NCBI RefSeq assembly: GCF_006345805.1
Contig: NC_043011.1
Span: forward strand, 26,672,464-26,736,463
Reading direction: 5' to 3'
DNA: 64,000 nucleotides
Origin: Octopus sinensis
Taxonomy: Eukaryota
Positions 13,601-24,200 of the stretch are shown one piece after another. Position 1 is the first letter of the stretch. Every line of letters begins with the position of its first letter. The notes beneath the pieces were generated by a model. That model saw only the letters and a program-made list of their open reading frames with translations. It had not been told where the DNA came from and did no database searches. Made by a program: the position numbers and the translations under genes.

Positions 13601-16600
13601 TTGAGAGAGATTCTTTGGAGTTTGAATAATTGTAACAAAAGCAAAGTTTGAAGGAAATATTAACCATTTTTCATACTTTCTAGGAAATAATAATTGCTAG
13701 CTATGGACAAAAATTGTGTTACACAGTATATTTCATCAAATACAAAAAGAAAGTTAGTTGATTGTGTACTTAAATATTTAAGAGAAGATATGCTTATTAT
13801 GAAACTATTGTGTTTCAATACAATGCAAGAGAAGTATGTAAATTTTCTAGTATGTAAATTTTCTAGCTCCACAGAATATGTCATGAGAATTTGTAAGAAA
13901 GCCCATGTATGCACAAGTTAGTAAAATAGACAAAAAAACGTTTAACTTCAAAAATAGAGCTACATGAGGAAAATGTAAATGTTTAACCCTTCAGTGTTCA
14001 GATGAATCTGTCAAATGTAATGCTTATTTGTTCACATTATTTTGTATTCAGGTTCAAGAGGGGTCTCAACAATATTTGCTTGTAACTTGGTTAATTTTTT
14101 ACATACAGATTTGAAATTTTGTCAGCAGGTGCTTATATAACAGTGGTTTATAGTTATGTAATTTTAGCTGATCTTTCTGATTAAATTTGACTTTTATGGG
14201 CAGGTAAATTTAATTAACAGGTGTAAATCGATTTACGCCATATCATTAAAAACTAAGATATACACTTCTCTTCAAATGTTGAAAACAACCAAGAAGTCTC
14301 CAAAATGTCACTGTATTTTTACTTGAATAAAGGCAAGAAAGACTTTATCCTGCATTATCTCAAAACTATGAGAATTCAATAATGTGATTTATTTTTTTAG
14401 TGATTTTGTAGAGAAATCAGATACAGCCGGATTTGGCCAGTTCAAACAAATAAAGGGGAATTATTTTCTGCCGGTCTGAACACTAACGGGTTCAGTCAGA
14501 GTTATTTAACTAAATCTAATCACACTTCCCATTAGAGCAATAAAGAAAAAACTAGAAGTTATATTAATCATCTTGAAACTATAACCAGCACAAGAATAAA
14601 TTAAGAATAAGAAAATGCTAATATAAAATCCTTTCTACCATAGGCACAAGGCCTGAAATTTTGGGAGTCAGGGGCCAGTCAATACTTTGACCCCTGTATT
14701 CAGCTGGTACTTATTTCATCAACCCTGAAAGGATGAAAGGCAAAGTCGTCCTCACCGAAATCTGGACTCAGGACATAAAGATGGATGAAATGCCGCTAAG
14801 CATTTGTCTGGCATGCTAATGTTTCTCACAGTGCACTGCCTTGAAATGCTAATATAAAATAATTAACAATTATTGAACATAATAAAACTTAAATCAAACA
14901 TACTTCTTCGTTAGTGTCACTGCAATTCCACGCTGGATTCAAACGTGAAACTCGACTGGAGAGATTTGTTGAAATAACGTATCTACAAAAGACAATAAAA
15001 TAAAATAAGGATACTTATATTAAAATATATTTGTACATTTTTACAGTGTTTGTGTGATTAATTTGAATACTATCTTAAAGGATCTTCTAAAACTGCTTTT
15101 TAGTTCTTGTTAAATAAAAAATGGTTTTTAACATAAGCACAAGACCCAACCCCAGTACATAACAGGTACTTTATTTTAATGAATCAGAAACCTAAAAGTA
15201 ACTAATTATCACAAGGCAATTTTGTCTTATGCTCCACTGATTCTGCTAATCTCCTGTTTTGTTCCAATTAAATAATGGTGACAGCACAGATGGTGTTTAA
15301 TGCAATTAAGTATTTTATAAAAGAATTAGTTCTTCACTACCTCACTTTCTTGAGATCAAACCCTGCTGGAATAAACACTTTTTTGCTTACTTGTATTTTA
15401 TTTACCTCTCTTATATTGTAAACCTATACAGGATCCCTGTGAAGGTGCTTGGCTCAGTGGTTAGAGCATGGAGCTCACAATCATGAGGTAGTGAGTTTGA
15501 TCTCCAGACCAGGCTGTGTGTTGTGTTCCTGAATAAGACACTTTATTTCATGTTGCTCAGCTGTAGAAATGAGTTGTGGCATCTCAGGAGCCAAGCTGTA
15601 TCAGCCTTTGCCTTTCTCTTGGATAACGTCAGTGGCACGGAGAGGGGAGGTTGGTATGCATGGGTGACTGCTAGTCTTCCATAAACAACCTTGCCTGGAC
15701 TTGTGCCTCATCCACCAAACCCACTGACAAGGCTTTGGTTAGCCTTAGGTTAGACACTTTATTTCATGTTGCTCAGCTGTAGAAATGAGTTGTGGAATCT
15801 CTGGAGCCAAGCTGTATCAGCCTTTGCCTTTCTCTTGGATAACGTCAGTGGCACGGAGAGGGGAGGTTGGTATACATGGGTGACTGCTAGTCTTCCATAA
15901 ACAACCTTGCCTGGACTTGTGCCTCATCCACCAAACCCACTGACAAGGCTTTGGTTAGCCTTAGGTTAGACACTTTATTTCATGTTGCTCAGCTGTAGAA
16001 ATGAGTTGTGGCATCTCAGGAGCCAAGCTGTATCAGCCTTTGCCTTTCTCTTGGATAACGTCAGTGGCATGGAGAGGGGAGGTTGGTATGCATGGGTGTC
16101 TGCTGGTCTTCCATAAACAACCTTGCCTGGACTTGTGCCTCATCCACCAAACCCACTGACAAGGCTTTGGTTAGCCTTAAGGTATAGTAGAAGACACTTG
16201 CCTAAAGTTCCACACAGTGGGACTGAACCCCAAACCACGTGGTTGGGAAGTAATCTTCTTACCACACAGCTATGCCTGCACCTTATCATCATCATCGTTT
16301 AACGTCCGTTCTCCATGCTAGCATGGGTTGGACGGTTCGACCGGGGATCTGGGAAGCCAGAAGGCTGCACCAGGCTCCAGTCTTATCTGGCAGTGTTTCT
16401 ACAGCTGGATGCCCTTCCTAACGCCAACCACTCTGTGAGTGTAGTGGGTGCTTTTTACGTGCCACCTGAACAGGTGCCAGGCGAGGCTGGCAACGGCCAC
16501 GGTCGGATTGGTGTATTTTATGTGCCACCGGCACGGAAGCCAGACGAGGCGGAGCTGGCATCGGCCACGAGTCAGATAGTGCTTTTTACGTACCACCAGA

Positions 16601-19600
16601 CCAGGGATCCTGGCTGGTTCAATTCGATTTCGCTTGCCCCAACATGTCTTCACAAGCAAGGGGGTTGGCATGGGTGCCTGTCGTACGGTCAGATTGGTGT
16701 ATTTTACGTGCCACCGGCACGGAAGCCAGTAGAGGCGGCGCTGGCATCGGCCACGAGTCGGATAGTGTTATATATACATTAACTATATATGCATTTAATA
16801 CTGATTACAAACATTTTCATATTCACACACCAAAAGAGACAAAAAGATAGAGAAAATGTGCAAAAATAAAAAAACAAGAAACATTTTTTGTAGTTACTTT
16901 GGTGTACAATCACACTGATTGATTCCATTGTCTATCCCATCTATTTCTTCAATGAAACGTTCGTAAACTTTATCAAAAATTATCGTCACAATTTTATTGT
17001 CTTCTTTGCCACATTTCAAAATATTCTGGATGATACGTTCACCAAAATGGTAATACACCAAACCAGCACTGCTCAGTTTAGTTGTCCACTTCTTGCTTGA
17101 ATTTAAGCTTGACATTGATTCATTAAATGATCTGTATAAAATATGAAAAGAAATATAACATATTTAAAGACCGTATTTCCTTAAATTAGAACAAAAAATA
17201 ATTATCATCATCATCGTTTAACGTCCGTTCTCCATGCTAGCAGGGGTTGGATGGTTCGACCGGGGATCTGGGAAGCCAGAAGGCTGCACCAGGCTCCAGT
17301 CTGATCTGGCAGTGTTTCTACAGCTGGATGCCCTTCCTAATGCCAACCACTCTGTGAGTGTAGTGGGTGCTTTTTACGTGCCAGGCGAGGCTGGCAACGG
17401 CCACGATCAGATTGGTGCTTTTTATGTGCCACCGGCACGGAAGCCAGTCAAGGTGGCGCTGGCATCAGCCACGTTCGGATGGTGCTTTTATGAGCCACCT
17501 GCACAGAAGCTCCAACTCAGAACTGGAATGAAAAATCCTGCAATGTAATTCAATTCCATCATCATCATCATCATCATCATCGTTTAGCGTCCGTTTTCCA
17601 TGCTAGCATGGGTTGGACGGTTCTACTGGGGTCTGTGAAGCCAGAAGGCTTCATCAGGCCCAGTCAAATCTGGCAGTGTTTCTACGGCTGTATGCCCTTC
17701 CTAACGCCAACCACTCCGAGAGTGTAGTGGGTGCTTTTTACGTGCCACCCGCACAGGTGCCAGACAGAGCTGGCAAACGGCCACGAACGGATGGTGCTTT
17801 TTATGTGCCACCGGCACGAGGGCCAGGCCAGGCTGGCAACGGACACGAAACGGGGCGGTGCTGGCAACGGTCGTGAAACGGAAGGTTCTCTTACATGCCA
17901 CCGGTACTGGTAACACATCTGCAATTTCCATTGATCGATTTCCATTGATCGGTTTCGATTCTGATCTTTAATTTTATATCAATTCATATTTAAGCCAAAA
18001 CTTTCAAAGGGCCCAAGCTCACTGAGGCAATCTACTTATATGTTAATAACCCTTAACAATCCCATTACAGACCTTTTTTACCCAGCTGTTATTTGTACTT
18101 AGTTTGTACCAAACATTCACATTGCGCATTAACAGACAATATTCAACTTAATTTTTCTTCAAGTGTCTTATGCTGACATAACTTCGATAAATTGCTAGAA
18201 TAAATATTAGTATAACCAGAGATTTTTTCCTTATGCCAGTCATTTAAAAAAAAAGAAGGGGAATTATTTTTAGTTGAAGCATGTAAACATATACTACCCA
18301 AGATTGTTCTAACACAAAGCAGTTCTGTTTGTGACTGAGGTGTAAGAAGCAGAATATTTCAGAAAAGGTTAAATAGCTAGATCAGTCCAGAATTTGAGTT
18401 AAGATTGTACTTCTTCTTCTTAAATCCCTAGCTAGCAACTGGAGAAGGAGGCTGTCCTCTCAACCAATATGCTGCTGTGGGTACCACTGGATGATAGAGT
18501 CTGGTGATGATATTATTCCACGCTTTCCAATCCATGGTGCTGGCCTTAGCCTTTAAGATTTAGGTATCTAGCCTAACACTTACTTTAAACTACAAAAGTT
18601 TGGCCAGACAAATGTACTTAAGCACCTGGAAGAAGATATCAAGGCAACACTGTTGTAATAGTTTGAATCCATTATTTCAACCATTGTACACCATCATCAC
18701 TTGTCACTCAACACCCACTTTTGCATGCTTACATGGGTCAGACAGAATTTGATGAGGCGACATGTTTTTCACAGAAAATTGGAAACAACCTTGCTTACGT
18801 GATGTTGTTGCTTGTTTACGGGAGGGGAGGGGAGAGAGAAAGAGGCAGGCAGGCAAGCAGGTAGGTAGGTAGATAGATAATATAGATAGACAGACAGACA
18901 GATAGATAGATATGTTTCTTTATTAGCCACACAGGGCTGCACACAGACGGGACAAATTACAAGGTAGAGCTTTTCTTTTGGAGATAAAAAAGGGGGTTTG
19001 GTTTTCGATCAAAAGGGATCGTAAAAGGAAAGAAAGAGGAAAGCAAAAAAAAAGGCGGGGGGCATAAAAATAAAAGGAAAAGGAAACAAAAATAATTCAA
19101 TAGGGATTGTTATCACAGAAATGTGATAGATAGACAGAGACAGATAGAGAAATAGATAGATCTACTAGGGGTTCCTTCCAGTTTCCATCAATCAAATCCA
19201 CTTACAAGGCTTTTTTTGGGCAGGAGTTATATGAGAAGACACTTGCCCAACATGCTGCAGAGTGAGACGGGACCCAAGACCACATGGTTGAGAAGTAAGC
19301 TTCTTAACCACATAGGTACGTCTGCACCTATTTGTACAGAGATAGGGAAATAAAAGTAATAAGCAAAAATTGTATTTAATCAGTGTCATTTTGAGAGAAT
19401 AGCAAAACAGATTCACATAAAGTTTCTTACCGTTGATGATGATCAAATCGGAATGTAGAAGGATCGTACACACCACCAACATCAACTACAATATCACAAG
19501 TAGCCAACTTTTCAGAATCACGGGTTCTGGAATATAAGGAAAAAGCAAATATATTTATTCATATAAAGTCAAGTTACAGAATATTATATTTCTTTTTTTC

Positions 19601-21240
19601 ACTGCTTTCACAGATTCCCATGACTCTCGGTCACCATCCAATTCCATTTTTATGAATTTGAATTGGAAGCTTGAGTCATAGTGAATCTTTCATTAGCTTA
19701 TTACACAACCATGGATGTCACTTCTAAAGATGTGTTACAGTTACTCTCTTGATAGAGCTTGGTCATCTTGACCGTTGATCTTCTAGGATTCCTCTACTCA
19801 GTACCAATGTAAGAAGTACCATTGGCTCAGTTGAGCTCTTCTGCTACCTCTTCACAATCTGTCACGTTGCAGTCCCATGACTTTGCCGTATCCCTGGACA
19901 GGTGCTATACTTTGCCAAAGGGCAACCTGTAACTATACAGGGCATGGTCATCACTCATCGAAGTATTTTCAAAATACTTGCACATTGCTGTTTTACAAGA
20001 TGCTACATGCAAAGTCCACCACAAGATCAAGTTCTTGTTGTGCTCTGGTGGCTCGTGTGCTTCAATGACCCTAAGAACTATGCCAGTGGAACACAAGCTC
20101 TTTGTAGAGCCTCCTATGCTTGACAGGTCACAGGGTAGAAGTCAGAATATATGGAACACTTCTTCCCTTGGGTTTATATAAGGCCCAACAACCTTACCTA
20201 GATTTCTCAATGCCAAGTTTCAAGAACATCAGAGACAATTTAAAACCAATAAGACCTGGGAGAAGAAGGCCTTCCTTTGGGAAAACATGGGATACTAAAG
20301 TAGAGCTGCAAAAGCAGAGAAGCTTCTCAACCAGCATTCTATGTAACATGTTGAGAACAGGAGAAAACCCATGCCAGCATGGAAGGTGGACATTAAATGA
20401 TGATGATGATCCACACATATATATATGTAATGATCTTCTAGTGTCCATCTACTAAAGCCACTCACAAGGCTTTGGTAAGCCCAGGGCTATAGTAGAAGAA
20501 ACTTGCCCAAAGTGCTACACAGTGGGACTGAACTGAACCTGAAATTAAGTGGTTGGGAAGCAAACTTCTTACCACACAGCCACACTTGCACCTCATATTA
20601 TATCCGAATATAAAATTATATTTACCTGATGATAGTGGAATCTTCGTATTCAGGAAGCAATCTGAGAAGAAAACAGGCTAAAGCTTCGTCACAATGGAAA
20701 GTACCATTATGTGTTCCAATTTTCTTGACCATGGCAGATTTTTTTGCAGTGCCTGAATTATCTGAGGAGTTCTCAGCATGGCTGCAAAGTAATTTAATAA
20801 TAATAATAATAATAAAATAAACAACTACCTGCTGGCCAGATACCCAACACATTACACACACAGCACAAACACTAATACGACAAAAGACTGCATCAGACCT
20901 TATAACAAAAGAAACTGATGCAATACAATACCAGGAAGAGTTTGCCCTCCCCTAACAACAAAGGGGAACACACCCCAGCATCATGGAGGTGTAGCAGCTG
21001 ATGCAGTATTTACCTGAAACAACCAAATGCTGAACAATAACAATCCTTTCTACTAAAGGCACAAGGCCTGAAATTTTGGGGGAGGGGACTAGTCGATTAC
21101 ATCAATCTCAGTGTTTCACTGGTACTTAATTTATAACCATACGCCTATATATATATATATATATATTAGAAGTAATTAAGTATCCTTACTGCTCTATATT
21201 TTTGAGTGTGCTTATTTTTCGGATATATGATACACTGATG

Positions 21241-21275
<35 letters not shown>

Positions 21276-24200
21276 ATCATGTTGAACTATACAATTTTTT
21301 CTCTCACCGTTTTTTTCCCTCTTAATCCTTTCTGTTGAAGAGCATAGGCTTGAAACATAAAAGACTTTTCCATTCTACCTGAGCATTAAACTAATACACC
21401 CGCTTGTTGTTCTTACACCTGTCTTTGTCTTTTGCTTTCTGTAAATTTGAACTATATATATAATAGTATTTTATAAGCTTAAAGCTTATAAGCGATCACC
21501 GCGCAATGACTAACGAAAATAGTCTAATATTGGGATGTATAAACCCTGACGGAAAAAAAAAAGGTTTTCCTGTATGCATGGTACTCGAACCCACACCTCT
21601 CAGTTTTCGCAACAAGTGTGCTAACCATTTACACCAACATACAACCTCCACATACAATGTTAGCACACTTGTTGCGAAAACTAAGAGATGTGGGTTCGAG
21701 TCCCATGCATACGGGAAAACTTACAGTCAAACTAAAGTTTTTGACCCTAGCGAAAAGAAAAAAAAATAGTGCAATAGGTGTACAACATGTAGTAAACGAA
21801 CATGAAAATTAAAAATTCGCGCTGTTGGGGAGGCGACTTGGAAAATTCACACGACCAATCTTACAGGATCCAAAAACTCAACGTTAACACCTGGTCACAA
21901 AAATGAAAAAAAAAATAGTGTACTAGGTGTAAAATAATGTGAAGTAAACGAGTATGAAGAAAAAAAAAAATTCGCCGACGAACGGGAAAAGTGGTGAGAG
22001 GATTCAGAACATTCTCGATGTGAATTTTCCGAGTTAAACCCCCACCCACCCCGTTTCCCAGCGTGCATTTAAAAAAAATATTCGTTTACTACATGTTGTT
22101 CTACACTTATACTATTTTTTTTTTTGCTCGGGTCAAACACTGGAGTTTAAAGGTCACGGTTAGAATTTTCTGAGCCCCCACCTCACCCCGTTCACCAGCG
22201 CGCATTTCTTTTCTTTTTTATATTCGTTTACATGGTACTTGTCTATTGTCGTGGTCCCGGTTTCGCACACGCGAATTCGCGCGTGCGCGTTACACCCCCC
22301 CCCTAAAAAAAGGTGTTGGATTTCACTAAAAATATATATGTGTGTGTGTGTGTGTGTATATATAACATTTTCAATTTTACACAAAAAAATTACATAGTCG
22401 CTTTCCTCGCGGATTTACAGATAAATGAATTAATTACTATTTTACAGAATAAAATTAATGAATTAATTATATAAATTAAATAATTCTTGAAAATTAATTA
22501 ATATTAATAATATTTTTTGAACAAAGTAAATAATTTATAAAACTTGGTTAATAATTTTTTTTACACAAACGCGAACGTATATAATTTGTGAAACTTTTTT
22601 TTTTTTACAGACGTATATAATTTGGTAAACTTAATGAATTAATTTCTTCTCATCATCATCATCGTTTAACGTCCGTTCTCCATGCCAGCATGGGTTGGAC
22701 GGTTCGACCGGGGATCTGGGAAGCCAGAAGGCTGCACCAGACTCCAGTCTTATCTGGCAATGTTTCTACAGCTGGATGCCCTTCCTAACGCCAACCACTC
22801 CGAGAGTGTAGTGGGTGCTTTTTACATGCCACCCGCACAGGTGCCAGGAGAGGCTGGCAACGGCCACGGTCGGATTGGTGCCAGTCGAGGCGGCTCTGGC
22901 ATCGGCCACGATTCGGATAGTGCTTTTTACGTACCACCAGTCCAGGGGTCCTGGCATTTGCCGGGTGCCACACTTGCCCCAACATGTCTTCGCAAGCAAG
23001 GGGGTTGGCGTGGGTGCCTGTCGTGGGATGAGGTTCGATATCAACTTCGCTTGCCTCAACAGGTCTTTGTGTATAAATGTATAAATTTTTCGCACTAAAT
23101 TCTTTCCGTAGAATTTATCAAAAAACGCGCAAAATTATTCCGTAGAATTTATCAAATTAAAAAACGCAAAATTAATATATTTTTTGAAATTGCAAATTAT
23201 TTAGAATATAAAACAAATGAAGTTAAATTTTAAAAATAAATGTCATATACTTATACTCTGTAAGGTGCTGTGTTCACACTTCAATTTACTATTTTCTAGA
23301 AATGTTGCTTTTCTAATTGAAACAATTTTTCTCAATCTCCATTTAAAAGTCCATAATGCCTCTTGAGCCATATCAAAATGAACAACTTTATACGTTCGCG
23401 TTTGTGTAAAAAAAATTATTAACCAAGTTTTATAAATTATTTACTTTGTTCAAAAAATATTATTAATATTAATTAATTTTCAAGAATTATTTAATTTATA
23501 TAATTAATTCATTAATTTTATTCTGTAAAATAGTAATTAATTCATTTATCTGTAAATCCGCGAGGAAAGCGACTATGTAATTTTTTTGTGTAAAATTGAA
23601 AATGTTATATATATACACACACATATATATTTTTAGTGAAATCCAACACCTTTTTTTTAGAGGGGGGGTTAACGCGCATGCGCGAATTCTGCACTGCGCA
23701 TGCGCAAGTCACCTCGTAGGATCTCGAGTATCGAGTACCTACGTCTCGCGCGCGCGCGCGAATTCGCGTGTGAGAAACCGGGACCACGACAATAGACAAG
23801 TACCCGTTTACATGTTGTTTTACACCTATTACACTTTTTCTTTTTCATTTTTGTGACCGGGTGTTAACGTTGAGTTTTCGGATCCTGTGAGATTTGATCG
23901 TGTGAATTTTCCGAGTTGTCTCCCCGCAACTCCCGTTCGCCAGCGTGCATTTTTTTTCTTTTTTCATATTCGTTTTCTACATGTCGTTTTACACCTATAA
24001 CACTATCTTTTTATCATTTTTGTGACCGGGTTTGACCAAACTTTCTTTTATCTGCCCCATTATTAAGCTATTTTCTTTAGTCATTGCGTGGGTTCGATTC
24101 TCTGACTGGGCAGCGCGATTTGTTGTTGAGCAAATCACTTCATTTCACATTGCTCCAGTCTCACTTCGATCAGGGAGAAATGTTGGCCTGCTCGCCTAGC

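Larger units (their letters stand above)
21499..24091. mobile_element. Outer TIR element with modular ~140-150-bp internal units in both orientations (Foldback-like), hosting nested insertions
   Basis: Left end CCGCGCAATGACTAACGAAAATAGTCTAATA matches the reverse complement of the right end CCACGCAATGACTAAAGAAAATAGCTTAATA. Units GTGAATTTTCCGAGT..CCAGCGTGCATTT..TATTCGTTT..CATG are reversed at 21722-21990 and forward at 22019-22233 and 23805-24035. Confidence 0.65.

Noticed and set aside
15536-16179. Regular repeats as a possible CRISPR-like array (also the 55-60-bp units in SINE-A)
   Set aside because: Units are fully repeated with no unique spacers, derive from SINEs, and no cas genes are present; the DNA is eukaryotic.
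19560-20200. Several overlapping 60-70-aa ORFs in MYG1 intron 2
   Set aside because: No consistent frame, motif or splice signals; likely old repeat-derived sequence.
21570-21643. Functional tRNA gene
   Set aside because: The anticodon stem does not pair and the loop lacks the YU-NNN-R pattern; kept only as a tRNA-like repeat.
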